Assembly: GCA_949878425.1 (NCBI GenBank)
Contig: CATLAL010000006.1
Coordinates: 1,075-65,074, forward strand
Source of the DNA: an uncultured Oscillospiraceae bacterium
GTDB taxonomy: Bacteria; Bacillota; Clostridia; Oscillospirales; Oscillospiraceae
DNA length: 64,000 nt
Reading direction: 5' to 3'
Every line of letters begins with the position of its first letter. Positions within the stretch are counted from its first letter, which is position 1. The translations under genes and the position numbers were made by a program. Of the stretch, positions 25,755 to 35,211 are shown piece after piece. The notes under the pieces were generated by a model. The model saw only the letters and a program-made list of their open reading frames with translations, searched no databases and was not told the origin of the DNA.

Positions 25755-26443
25755 GAATCGCCGGATTCGGGGGACGAACCGCTCTCCTGGGGGAGCAATA
25801 TCTCTGTGGTGAAGGCCCCGTCCTCGCTGTTGCGGCTGAGATAGCCGGCCAGGCGCTCCACGATGGCGTCCATGCGGACGAGGCCCAGGCCCCGGTCCCG
25901 GCCCTTGGTGCTGGAAAACCGGCCCCCGGTCTTGGGGAGCTTCCCCGCGGCGGTGAGGTTGGTGAAGGAGACGTAGAGCTGGCTTCCCTTCATGTCCATG
26001 TACACCCGGATGAGCCGCCGGTCCTCCGGCAGGGCCAGACTTGCCTCGATGGCGTTGTCGAAGAGGTTGCCCAGGATGCAGCACAGGTCCAGCTCCGAGA
26101 GCCGCAGGCGCACCGGAATGTGGGCGTCCGCCTCCACCCGGATATGCTTGGACCGGGCCAGGGAGATCTTGCTGTTGAGGATGGCGTCCGTCATGGGGTT
26201 CCCGGTTTTGACGGCGGTGTCCAGGGCGGAGAGGTCATCGTCCAGGGCGTCCAGGTAGCGCCGGACGGCCTCCAGGTCCCCCTGGGCGGCGTAGGCCTTC
26301 ATGGCCTGGAGGTGGCTGCGCCAGTCGTGCCGCCAGAGCCGCACCTGGCGGTACATGTTCTCCACCTCCGCGTAGTGGGTCTCCATCAGGTCCCGCTGAT
26401 AGGCGGCTACGCGCCGGTCCATGCGGCGGCTCAGAAATCCCAT
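25742..26443 (-). CDS. Cytoplasmic GHKL histidine kinase of the AgrC/LytS-like type, lacking any transmembrane sensor domain
   Basis: Start MGFLSRRMDRR behind RBS ggggaggg. H-box LWRHDWRSHLQAM at about residue 39. N-box ILGNLFDNAIEA. G-box STKGRDRGLGLVRM. About 233 aa with no hydrophobic segment. Confidence 0.8.
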   Translation of the reverse strand: MGFLSRRMDRRVAAYQRDLMETHYAEVENMYRQVRLWRHDWRSHLQAMKAYAAQGDLEAVRRYLDALDDDLSALDTAVKTGNPMTDAILNSKISLARSKHIRVEADAHIPVRLRLSELDLCCILGNLFDNAIEASLALPEDRRLIRVYMDMKGSQLYVSFTNLTAAGKLPKTGGRFSSTKGRDRGLGLVRMDAIVERLAGYLSRNSEDGAFTTEILLPQESGSSPESGDSSPD

Positions 26444-26453
26444 AGGCCCTCCC

Positions 26454-27152
26454 CTACTCCATGGCGATGATCGCCCGGTTGACAGACTCATAGGCCCCCC
26501 GGGGCAGCGGTATCACGGCGCCGTCCTGGAGGGTGATGTCGGTTTTGGTCACCCGGGCGATGCAGGTCAGATTGACGATGGCGGAGCGGCCCACCCGGAA
26601 AAAACGCTCGTCCAGGGCTTCCGCCACCCGGCCCAGGGACATTTTCACCGTGTAGTCCTCCCCGGCGTGGATTGTGACGTAGTTCAGCCGCACGTCCACG
26701 TACCGGATCCGGTCCACGGGCAGGCGCACCATCCCGCCGCCCAGGTCCAGGCTCAGCACCCGCCCGGCCCGGCGCAGGCGCTCCGCGGCCCGGTCCAGCA
26801 CGGCGAAGAGCTTCTCCTCCTTCACGGGCTTGACCAGGTAGTGGAGGGCGGAGACCTCGTAGCCCTCGGAAATATAGTCGGAGTAGCCGGTGACAAAAAC
26901 GATCTGAAGCGTCTCGTTGTCCCGGCGCAGCCGCTTGGCCAGGGAGACCCCGTCCATGCCGTCCATCTCGATATCCAGGAGGAGGATGTCCCAGCCGCGC
27001 CGCTCCTCGTACTGGAAGAGGAAGCTCTCGGCGGAGACGAACTGCCCCAGCTCCGCCCGGCGGCCCCGCTCCCTCGCCCACCGCCGGACCAGGGACGCCA
27101 TATAGTCCCGGTCCGCGGCCCGGTCGTCGCAGACGGCGATCTGATAGTCCAT
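26454..27152 (-). CDS. LytTR-family response regulator
   Basis: 232 aa. Receiver domain (IAVCDD...ILLLDIEMDGMDG...HYLVKP) plus LytTR DNA-binding domain (IRYVDV..NYVTIHAGEDYTVKMSL...FFRVGRSAIVNL). Confidence 0.9.
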   Translation of the reverse strand: MDYQIAVCDDRAADRDYMASLVRRWARERGRRAELGQFVSAESFLFQYEERRGWDILLLDIEMDGMDGVSLAKRLRRDNETLQIVFVTGYSDYISEGYEVSALHYLVKPVKEEKLFAVLDRAAERLRRAGRVLSLDLGGGMVRLPVDRIRYVDVRLNYVTIHAGEDYTVKMSLGRVAEALDERFFRVGRSAIVNLTCIARVTKTDITLQDGAVIPLPRGAYESVNRAIIAME

Positions 27153-27171
27153 GGTCTCCCTCCCGATCCGG

Positions 27172-28539
27172 TTATTTTGCCGCCGTGGCGGCCAGACGCC
27201 GCTTCGCTCCCTCCGGCCCGGCCAGCCGGCGGCAACACCAGAAGTAGGCGGGAATGAGGAACGCGTCCGCCAGGATCCAGGCCGCCGGGGAGGCGAAGCA
27301 GGCGGCGCTGAAGCCGAAGGCCGGCACCAGGAAGGCCAGTCCCCCCCGGGCGGCCATCTCCAGCACGCCGGCGCAGGTGGCCAAGGGGGAAAAGCCCATG
27401 CCCTGGATCATAAACCGGACGATGTTCACCAGGGCCAGGGGGAAGAAGAACACCGCGCTGGTCATGAGGTACTGCCGGGCCAGGGGGGCCAGGTGGGCGC
27501 TGGCTCCGTCCAGGAACAGCATGCTCAGCGGACCGGCGAAGAAGTACAGCAGCGCCAGGGCCAGCACGGAGTAGGCCGCCCCCAGGGTCACACAGGCGCG
27601 CATCCCCTGGTTGAGCCGCTCCCACTTGCCGGCTCCCACGTTCTGTCCGCCGTAGGTGGCCATGGTGCTGCCCATGGCGTCAAAGGGGCAGCACAGGAAG
27701 ATGGACACCTTGGTGGCCGCGGTGACAGCAGTGACGTACATGGTGCCCAGGCCGTTAACGGCGGTCTGGATCATGACGCTGCCAATAGCGGTGATGGAGT
27801 ACTGGAGCCCCATGGGCAGTCCCATCAGGCACAGCTCCCCCATCCGGCGGCGGTCAAAGCGCCAGTCCTCCCGCTTCAGCTTTAAAATGGGAAAGCCCCG
27901 GAGCATCCGGACCAGACAGCCCGCCCCCGCCAGAGCCTGGGCCAGGACCGTGGCCAGGGCGGCGCCGAATACGTCCATGCGGAAGGCCAGAATAAAGACC
28001 ACGTCCAACACAATGTTCACCAGGGACGCCCCGATCAGCCAGAGCACCGGGGTCCGGCTGTCCCCCAGGGCCCGGAGAATGCCGGCGCAGAAGTTATAGA
28101 GCATATAGGCCGGAAGGCCGGCGAAAATCGTGACAATATAGCTGTAGGAGCGCTGGTAGATATCCGCGGGCGTACTCATGGCCGTGAGGATGCATCCGCA
28201 CAGCGCCACCGTGGATGCCGTCAGTACCGCGCCGAAGAGAACGCTCAGCTCCGCGCCGCCGGCCACATACCGGCGCAGCTCCTCCTCGTCCCCCGCGCCG
28301 AACTGCTGGGCCGCAGGGATGGCGAAGCCGGTGCAGATGCCGATGCAGAAGCCCACCACCAGGAAGTTGATGGACCCGGTGGACCCCACCGCCGCCAGGG
28401 CCGCGCCGCCCAGGGTCTTGCCCACAATGGCGGTGTCCACCACGTTGTAGAGCTGCTGGAAGAGGCACCCCATCAGAACCGGAACGCCGAAGCTTAGAAT
28501 CAGCCCCATGGGGCTGCCCTTTGTCAAATCCTTTGTCAT
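27172..28539 (-). CDS. MATE-family efflux transporter
   Basis: 455 aa, about 12 hydrophobic segments. N-terminus KGSPMGLILSFGVPVLMGCLFQQLYNVVDTAIVGK is typical of MATE/NorM. Confidence 0.9.
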   Translation of the reverse strand: MTKDLTKGSPMGLILSFGVPVLMGCLFQQLYNVVDTAIVGKTLGGAALAAVGSTGSINFLVVGFCIGICTGFAIPAAQQFGAGDEEELRRYVAGGAELSVLFGAVLTASTVALCGCILTAMSTPADIYQRSYSYIVTIFAGLPAYMLYNFCAGILRALGDSRTPVLWLIGASLVNIVLDVVFILAFRMDVFGAALATVLAQALAGAGCLVRMLRGFPILKLKREDWRFDRRRMGELCLMGLPMGLQYSITAIGSVMIQTAVNGLGTMYVTAVTAATKVSIFLCCPFDAMGSTMATYGGQNVGAGKWERLNQGMRACVTLGAAYSVLALALLYFFAGPLSMLFLDGASAHLAPLARQYLMTSAVFFFPLALVNIVRFMIQGMGFSPLATCAGVLEMAARGGLAFLVPAFGFSAACFASPAAWILADAFLIPAYFWCCRRLAGPEGAKRRLAATAAK

Positions 28540-28888
28540 CGCGCATTACCTCGCTGCAAGAAAAAATGCTGACCGTCCTTCCCCTCCGCCTTCAGGGCTC
28601 CATCCCCCCGAGAGCTTTAGGAAATTATAGCCGTTTCCCGCCAAAATACAAGGGGCAAGTTGCGCAAGGTTCTCCTCTCAACCGGCCGGTCCTCTTGTGC
28701 ACAATGTTATTGAAGTCCGCCGGCGGGCCTCTCCCCTGGATTTTCCAAAAAACTATGGAAAAAGGCGGAGGCTTGTGCTATAATCAGATGACTTGCCCGC
28801 GCCCCGGCATATCTTGGGGAGCGGGGAGCCATAAAATGCGCTTTTTCCGAATAGAATCGGAGGAAACAACCATAAAGGAGGCGGCGCT

Positions 28889-29761
28889 GTGTCCTTGATT
28901 AACGCATTGATTTTAGGTCTCGTACAAGGGGTGGCGGAATTTCTGCCCATCTCCAGCTCCGGCCACCTCTCCATCGCCCAGAACCTGCTGGGTCTGGGCG
29001 TAGAGGGCGTGGACGACATATTTTTTGACGTGCTGCTCCATCTGGGCACCCTGGGAGCGGTATTCGCAGCCTACTGGGCGGACATCCGGGAGATGGTTCT
29101 GGAGTTCTTCCAGATGATCCGGGACGTGGCCGGCGGACAGGTCCCGGAGTCCGTCCCCCCCGCCCGGCGGCTGATCCTGCTGATCGTGGTAGGCACGCTG
29201 CCCCTGTTCCTGGTGCTACCCTTCAGGGCCATGGTGGAGTCCCTCTACGGCAACACCTTCTTCGTGGGCGGCGCGCTGGTGGTGACGGGGATCCTGCTGT
29301 TCTTCTGCGACCGGATCCCCAAGGGCCGGAAAAACGCCAAAAACACCGGCATTGCCGACGTTCTCATCGTAGGCGCGGGCCAGGCCATCGCCACCTGCCC
29401 GGGCATCTCCCGCTCCGGCATGACCATCTCCATGGGCTGCTTCCGGGGTATGGACCGCCGGTTCGCCGTGCGCTTCGCCTTTCTGCTGTCCATCCCCGCC
29501 GTGCTGGGGGCCAACCTGCTCCAGGTCAAGGACGTGGTGGCCGCCGGGATCGACCTGAAGCTGCTGCCCGCGTACATACTGGGCGTGGCGGCGGCGGCCG
29601 TCTCCGGCTACCTCTCCATCCGGCTGGTGCGCATGGTGGCCGACAAGGGCCGCTTCGGCGCCTTCGCCTACTACTGCTGGGCCGCCGGGGCCGTTACGAT
29701 CCTGCTGAGCATCCTGAAGGCCCTGGAGCTGCTGCCCTGGCTGAAGGCGGCCGCTCTCTGA
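28889..29761 (+). CDS. uppP: Undecaprenyl-diphosphate phosphatase
   Basis: GLVQGVAEFLPISSSGHL and PGISRSGMTI motifs. GTG start behind RBS aaaggagg. Confidence 0.9.
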   Translation: MSLINALILGLVQGVAEFLPISSSGHLSIAQNLLGLGVEGVDDIFFDVLLHLGTLGAVFAAYWADIREMVLEFFQMIRDVAGGQVPESVPPARRLILLIVVGTLPLFLVLPFRAMVESLYGNTFFVGGALVVTGILLFFCDRIPKGRKNAKNTGIADVLIVGAGQAIATCPGISRSGMTISMGCFRGMDRRFAVRFAFLLSIPAVLGANLLQVKDVVAAGIDLKLLPAYILGVAAAAVSGYLSIRLVRMVADKGRFGAFAYYCWAAGAVTILLSILKALELLPWLKAAAL

Positions 29762-29780
29762 GCCGCCTAGAGGGAGAACC

Positions 29781-32366
29781 ATGGCAACGACACGAAAGAA
29801 AACCGCATCCAGTGCCCGGGGAAGGGGCGGCAGCCGGAGCTCCCGCTCCGCCGCCAAGGGCGGCAAGCGACCCATCCGCCGGGAGGTGGGGGGCATCGTT
29901 CTGCTGCTGCTGGCCCTGTGCGTGCTGGTAAGCTATTTTACAGACGACGGCTGGCTCATCGAGCTCTTTCCCCCGGTGCTCAAGGGGCTCATGGGCTGGG
30001 GGTTCTATCTGACCGTCCCGGCCCTGGCGGCGGCCTCCTGGGTGCTGCTCACCCACCGGGGGAGGCCCGTGGCCCTTCGGACCGCTTGCGCCCTGCTGAC
30101 CCCCTACCTCTTCGGCGGACTCTGGCACCTGCTCTTTTGCAGGGTGGACCTCTCGGAGCCGGAGCGCCTCTTCCAGATTCTCTGGGAGACCGGCGGCACT
30201 CTGACCTCCGGCGGAGCCCTCTCCGGCGCCACCGCCCACGGCTTTACGGCCGTGCTGGGCAAGAGCGCCTCCGCCATCATCTTCGCGGTGCTGCTGGCGG
30301 TGCTGTTGATGGTGGTCTTTGAAGTGACGCCGGCCTCTCTGCTCCAGATGTGGCGGGAGCGCCGGGACTACGACGAGGAGGATTACGAGGAGCCCCCGCC
30401 CAAGCCCGCTAGGCCCGCCAAGCGGCCCCCGGCCAGGCGGGCCGCTCCGGAGCGGCCCGCCATTGATATTCCCCTGGACGGCGAACCGGCCCAGAAGGAC
30501 GAGCCCCTCCCCCGGGAAAAGCGGGGCGGATTTTTCCGGCCCAAGGACCAGGAGCAGCTGACCCCCGCCGACCTGCTGGCCTCCCCGCCGGAGACGCCCC
30601 AGGAGCCGGAACCGCCCGAACCTCACCCGTCAGCGGCTGACCCGGAGCCGGAGCCGGTCCCCGCTCCGGAGATCCTGCCGGAGCCCGACCCGATCCCGGA
30701 GCCCATCCGGAATCCCGTCCCGCCGCCGGAGCCGCCGCCTCCCCCGCCAGAGGACCGGCGGAAGCGGCGGGAGAGCGCCCAATCCCTGGAGGAGGCCTCC
30801 GCCCAGGTGGCGGCGGAGATCGAAAGCGGTATGGCCGGGAACACCGGCGGCTACGACTGCCCTCCCGTCTCCCTGCTGGAGCAGAACGTGCAGGACAACT
30901 ACATCGAGGCCGGGGCGGAGCTGCGGGTCAACGCCCAGCGCCTCTACGACACCCTGCGCAGCTTCGGCGTCAGCGCCGCTCCCGGCGACGTGGTCCGGGG
31001 CCCCGCCATCACCCGGTATGAGTTCATGCTGGAGCAGGGGGTGAAGCTCAGCAAGGTCACCAACCTCTCCGACGACATCGCCCTGGCCCTGGGGGCCAGC
31101 GGCGTGCGCATCGCCCCCATCCCGGACAAGATCTCCGTGGTGGGCATCGAGGTGCCCAACCGGACCGTTTCCCCGGTGCTCATCCGGGACGTCATCGAGT
31201 CCCGGGCCTTCCTGGACCACCGGTCCTCCGTGGCCTTTGCCGTGGGCCGGGACATCGGCAACAACAACATTGTGGGCGACATCTCCAAGCTGCCCCACGT
31301 GCTCATCGCCGGCACCACCGGCTCCGGCAAGTCCGTGTGCACCAACTCCCTCATCATCAGCCTGCTCTACAAGTCCGGCCCCGAGGACGTGCGCTTTATT
31401 ATGGTGGACCCCAAGATGGTGGAGCTGGCCCCCTACAACGGCATCCCCCACCTGCTCATCCCCGTGGTGACGGACCCCAAGAAGGCCGCCGGCGCCCTCC
31501 AGTGGGCGGTATACGAGATGATGAAGCGGTACAAGACCTTCTCCGAGCTGGGGGTCAAGAAGCTGGAGGAGTACAACGCCGTGGCCGCCCAGCGGGAGGA
31601 CCTGCCCCACATGGCCTCCGTGGTGGTGGTCATCGACGAGCTGGCGGACCTGATGGTGGTGGCGGCCAAGGAGGTGGAGGAGTCCATCTGCCGGGTGGCC
31701 CAGATGGGCCGCGCGGCCGGGGTGCACCTGGTGATCGCCACCCAGCGGCCCTCCGCCGACGTGATCACCGGCCTGATGAAGGCCAACATTCCCAGCCGCA
31801 TCGCCTTTGCCGTGGATTCCGCCATCAACTCCCGGATCATCCTGGACAACCCCGGCGCGGAGAAGCTGGTGGGCCGGGGCGACATGCTCTACGCCCCCCT
31901 GGGCATCGGCAAGCCCATCCGGGTCCAGGGCTGCTACATCACGCCGGAGGAGATCGAGCGGGTGGTCAGCCACGTCAAGTCCGCCGGGGAGACCCAGTAC
32001 TCCGAGGAGGTCATGCAGAAGATCGAGGAGTCCCTGCAGGAGAAGGACAAAAAGGGCTCCGCCGCCGCGCCGGCCCCCTCGGAGGACGAGGAGGGGGACG
32101 AGCTGCTGCCCGCCGCCGTGGACATCATCCTGGAGACCGGGCAGGCCTCCGTGTCTATGCTCCAGCGGCGGCTGAAGCTGGGCTACTCCCGGGCGGCCCG
32201 GCTGGTGGACCAGATGGAGGAGCGGGGCATTGTGGGGCCCTTCGAGGGCTCCAAGCCCCGGCAGCTGCTCATCACCCGGGCCGAATGGCAGGAGATGCGC
32301 ATGGGCGGCGGCACGCCGGTCCCGGCGGCCGAGGAGGCTGAGGACGACGCCCCCTGGGAGGAATAA
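29781..32366 (+). CDS. ftsK: DNA translocase FtsK/SpoIIIE
   Basis: 861 aa. N-terminal TM segments, Pro/Glu-rich linker, motor domain (HVLIAGTTGSGKSV, VVVIDELADLM), and gamma winged helix (ASVSMLQRRLKLGYSRAARLVDQME). Confidence 0.93.
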   Translation: MATTRKKTASSARGRGGSRSSRSAAKGGKRPIRREVGGIVLLLLALCVLVSYFTDDGWLIELFPPVLKGLMGWGFYLTVPALAAASWVLLTHRGRPVALRTACALLTPYLFGGLWHLLFCRVDLSEPERLFQILWETGGTLTSGGALSGATAHGFTAVLGKSASAIIFAVLLAVLLMVVFEVTPASLLQMWRERRDYDEEDYEEPPPKPARPAKRPPARRAAPERPAIDIPLDGEPAQKDEPLPREKRGGFFRPKDQEQLTPADLLASPPETPQEPEPPEPHPSAADPEPEPVPAPEILPEPDPIPEPIRNPVPPPEPPPPPPEDRRKRRESAQSLEEASAQVAAEIESGMAGNTGGYDCPPVSLLEQNVQDNYIEAGAELRVNAQRLYDTLRSFGVSAAPGDVVRGPAITRYEFMLEQGVKLSKVTNLSDDIALALGASGVRIAPIPDKISVVGIEVPNRTVSPVLIRDVIESRAFLDHRSSVAFAVGRDIGNNNIVGDISKLPHVLIAGTTGSGKSVCTNSLIISLLYKSGPEDVRFIMVDPKMVELAPYNGIPHLLIPVVTDPKKAAGALQWAVYEMMKRYKTFSELGVKKLEEYNAVAAQREDLPHMASVVVVIDELADLMVVAAKEVEESICRVAQMGRAAGVHLVIATQRPSADVITGLMKANIPSRIAFAVDSAINSRIILDNPGAEKLVGRGDMLYAPLGIGKPIRVQGCYITPEEIERVVSHVKSAGETQYSEEVMQKIEESLQEKDKKGSAAAPAPSEDEEGDELLPAAVDIILETGQASVSMLQRRLKLGYSRAARLVDQMEERGIVGPFEGSKPRQLLITRAEWQEMRMGGGTPVPAAEEAEDDAPWEE

Positions 32367-32369
32367 TAT

Positions 32370-32409
32370 CAAAACCCCCGGATTTTCTGGACGAAAATCC
32401 GGGGGTTTG
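32370..32409 (+). terminator. Hairpin after ftsK
   Basis: CAAAACCCCCGGATTTTC-tggac-GAAAATCCGGGGGTTTG. Confidence 0.6.
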
Positions 32410-32428
32410 ACCTGCTGTTCAGCTGAGA

Positions 32429-32627
32429 TATAATATACGCAGTTGAGAACAAGTAAGAGTTGGGCTCCGCCCAAACCCGCCGGGGCTTCGCCCAACGACG
32501 GCCCCAGGGGGCGGCCCTAAACTTTATTCAACTGCGGCGCCGATAGTTTTAATCATAGAGAAAGGCGATAGCCTTTCGAATAAAGCTCTTTTTGATCCTT
32601 TTTCTTGAAAGAAAAAGGATGTATGCG
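32429..32627 (+). repeat. Composite repeat: about 110 bp CAGTTGA-family unit fused to GAAAGGCG/hairpin modules
   Basis: TATAATATACGCAGTTGAGAACAAGTAAGAGTTGGGCTCCGCCC...GGGCGGCCCTAAACTTTATTCAACTGCGGCGCC, then ATAGAGAAAGGCGataGCCTTTCGA, then CTTTTTGATCCTTTTTCTTgaAAGAAAAAGGATGTATGCG. Inverted twin at 34881-35121. Confidence 0.75.
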
Positions 32628-32648
32628 TAACCGCGCGGCTTGACGGCG

Positions 32649-33536
32649 CTACAGCTTGAGGACGCGGATGGCGTTTTCCCGGCAGATGCCCCGGTAGTGC
32701 TTCTCGCTGATGCAGCCCTTCTCGTAGCCCTCGTCCAGGAAGGCGGCCAGGGCCTTGATCTGGCGGTCACTGGGGAGGCACATATCGATGCCGTAGAGCA
32801 TCCGATCGCCGAACTCCTCAATGAACCGGTAGCCGTAGTCCGCGTCCCGGGTCAGGGCGTTGCAGCAGCTATAGGCGGACATGTCGCAGTAGAGGTTCTC
32901 GTACTCCCGCAGCAGATAGGCCAGGCGGCCCTCCTTCACTGGGCCGGTGGGGTAGGTGTTCCGGTTCTCCTGGCAGCAGCCGGCGTCGATCTCCGCCCAG
33001 AAGGGCTGGGAGTGGCCCAGGATCTTCAGCTTGGGGTGGTTTTTCAGCATCTTCTCCAGGCGGGGCAGGCCCACCTCGTCGATGATGCCGTAGCAGCTGC
33101 CCTTCTGGGGCCCGATGTGGATAGTGACGGGCATATCGCAGGCCTCGCAGTGGGAGAAGAGGCTGTCCACCAGGGGGCTGTCGGCGTAGAGGTTGGCCGT
33201 CAGCTCCCCCATGCCCTTGGCCCCCAGGTCCCTGTAGAACTCCAGGTAGGCGGAGAAATCCGTCTCCGGCGCGTTGTCCCCCAGCCGTGGGTCCACGTTG
33301 CAGAACCAGTCGAACCGCTCCGGGTACCGCCGGACGATCTCGCGGACGCAGCCGTTGCTCATCACCAGCGTCTGGGCGTCCGGGGCGGTGATGGGGAGCA
33401 GCACCCCCTTTTCCACGCCGATCTCGTCGTAGACTGCCAGAAGCTGCTCCGGCGTCACCACCACGTGGGCCGGAAACTCGTACTCCTGAAACAGCACCGC
33501 GTGGGCGTGGGCGTCGATCTTGCTGATCTTGTTCAT
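32649..33536 (-). CDS. Amidohydrolase-2-type metal-dependent hydrolase (TIM barrel)
   Basis: Start MNKISKIDAHAHAV (HxH metal motif) behind RBS tggagg. About 295 aa. Confidence 0.75.
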   Translation of the reverse strand: MNKISKIDAHAHAVLFQEYEFPAHVVVTPEQLLAVYDEIGVEKGVLLPITAPDAQTLVMSNGCVREIVRRYPERFDWFCNVDPRLGDNAPETDFSAYLEFYRDLGAKGMGELTANLYADSPLVDSLFSHCEACDMPVTIHIGPQKGSCYGIIDEVGLPRLEKMLKNHPKLKILGHSQPFWAEIDAGCCQENRNTYPTGPVKEGRLAYLLREYENLYCDMSAYSCCNALTRDADYGYRFIEEFGDRMLYGIDMCLPSDRQIKALAAFLDEGYEKGCISEKHYRGICRENAIRVLKL

Positions 33537-33798
33537 GCTGATGGCCTCCATTTCAAAATTTTTTCCTTGGTATGAGCAAGACTATAATACAGGCTCCTGG
33601 CGCCGTCAATAATTGGTTCATTATTTTACATGAAATTGCCGTGTCTATACATGGCAGAGTTGGTCGAAATGCTGTAAACTATAGCCATAGACGCCAGGAA
33701 ATTATGCATCATTGTCAGGTCCGGGCTGATATCACTGCATATTTCTCCTGTGATCCGTCTGTAAGTGCCTGTAAAATCATATTTTGAGGAGGAGACAC

Positions 33799-34872
33799 AT
33801 GAAAAAGATTTTTTCACTGCTGCTTGCTCTGGTGATGGTTCTGAGTCTGGCCGCCTGCGGAGGAAACAACGGCAAGGCCCCTGCCGGCGATTCCCAAAAC
33901 AACAGCGGGGATACCGGAACCCCCTCCACCCCTGACGACACCTCCGGCGGCGGGGAAGCCGAGCTGACGCTGAAGTTCGTCGAGCAGCTGCCGGACGGCC
34001 ACATCATGGCGGACACGCTCTACTATTTCGCCGAGCAGGTCCGCGCCCTCTCCAACGGCGCCATTGACGTGGAGGTCTACACCGGCGGCGTCCTGGGCGA
34101 CGACACCGCCATGTCCGAGGCCATGCAGCTGGGCACCATCGACGTGTGCCGGGAGGAGTTTACCACCCTGGTGAACATGGGCGCGAAGCTGGGCATTGCC
34201 ACGACCATGCCCTATGTGTTCCGCGACCGGGACCACTACTGGGCTGTGGCCGACTCCGACGTGGGCAGGGACCTGGTGGACAGCATCCAGGCCGACGGCA
34301 CCGGCATGGTGGGCCTGTGCCTGGTGGAGGAGGGCGCCCGCCACTTCTTCGCCAACCAGCCCATCAACAGCATCGAGGACCTCAATGGCATGAAGCTGCG
34401 GGTGCAGGACACCGAGATGTGGGCCGCCATTGTGCGGGCCCTGGGCGCCTCCCCCACGCCCATGTCCTTCTCCGAGCTCTACAGCGCCATTAACTCCGGC
34501 ACCGTGGAGGGCGCGGAGCAGCCCCTCTCCGGCTACGTGTCCAACAACTTCTACGAGGTGGCCCCCTACCTCATTCTGGACGGCCACGTCTACCCCACCC
34601 AGGCCTACTGCATCTCCGAGATCACCTGGAACAAGCTGACCGACGAGCAGAAGGACGTCCTCAAGGAGGCCGCCCAGCTCACCGCCGCCTATAACCGGGA
34701 GCACATCAAGCAGACTGAGGCCGACATTATGGCCTCCCTGGCCGACCTGGGCGTGACCGTGGTGGAGGTCGCCGACAAGACCCCCTGGATCGACGCCATG
34801 CAGAGCGTCTATGAGACCTTCGGCGATGCCGATACCCTGGCCATGCTGGAGCGGATCCAGGGCGTGCAGTAG
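33799..34872 (+). CDS. dctP: TRAP transporter substrate-binding lipoprotein
   Basis: MKKIFSLLLALVMVLSLAACGG lipoprotein signal. DctP-family length and composition. Followed by the dctQ/dctM genes. Confidence 0.85.
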   Translation: MKKIFSLLLALVMVLSLAACGGNNGKAPAGDSQNNSGDTGTPSTPDDTSGGGEAELTLKFVEQLPDGHIMADTLYYFAEQVRALSNGAIDVEVYTGGVLGDDTAMSEAMQLGTIDVCREEFTTLVNMGAKLGIATTMPYVFRDRDHYWAVADSDVGRDLVDSIQADGTGMVGLCLVEEGARHFFANQPINSIEDLNGMKLRVQDTEMWAAIVRALGASPTPMSFSELYSAINSGTVEGAEQPLSGYVSNNFYEVAPYLILDGHVYPTQAYCISEITWNKLTDEQKDVLKEAAQLTAAYNREHIKQTEADIMASLADLGVTVVEVADKTPWIDAMQSVYETFGDADTLAMLERIQGVQ

Positions 34873-34880
34873 CCGGCTCT

Positions 34881-35121
34881 CATCCTTTTTCTTGAAAGAA
34901 AAAGGATCAAAAGGAACATGGGCAGCGCTTTGCGCTGCCTGAGCAGTCGTTGACGCCGCAGGCGGCAATGACGCGAACACTCGAAAGCCTATCGCCTTTC
35001 TCTATGGCTAAAGCTATCGGCGCCGCAGTTGAATAAAGTTTAGGGCCGCCCCCTGGGGCCGTCATTGGGCTTCGCCCAGCGGGTTTGGGCGGAGCCCAAC
35101 CCTTACTCGTTTCCAACTGCG
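34881..35121 (-). repeat. Inverted copy of the 32429-32627 composite repeat, located between dctP and dctQ
   Basis: The reverse complement reads CGCAGTTGGAAACGAGTAAGGGTTGGGCTCCGCCCAAACCCGC...GGCCCCAGGGGGCGGCCCTAAACTTTATTCAACTGCGGCGCCGATAG...GAGAAAGGCGATAGGCTTTCGA...(about 60 bp extra)...TTTTGATCCTTTTTCTTTCAAGAAAAAGGATG. Confidence 0.75.
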
Positions 35122-35211
35122 CCTACCTCGCAACAGAAATACTTGGGCATAGGAACCGCGGCGGAGCAGAGGCGCTACGCGCTCTGCTCCGCCTTATAGG
35201 AGAAACGGAAT

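Noticed and set aside
28540-28888. Leader-like hairpin CCCGCGCCCC..GGGGAGCGGGG upstream of uppP and tandem AACcTTGCgC/AACTTGCcCC repeats upstream of the MATE promoter as possible LytTR sites.
   Set aside because: The repeats are short and imperfect and do not match the known LytTR 9 bp-N12-9 bp layout. The hairpin has no T-tract or conserved motif. The support is too weak to call.
33537-33798. ORFs 33572..33787 + and 33626..33817 - in the AT-rich divergent spacer between the amidohydrolase and dctP.
   Set aside because: No RBS and odd composition. The region is better explained as a divergent promoter/AraC-operator region.
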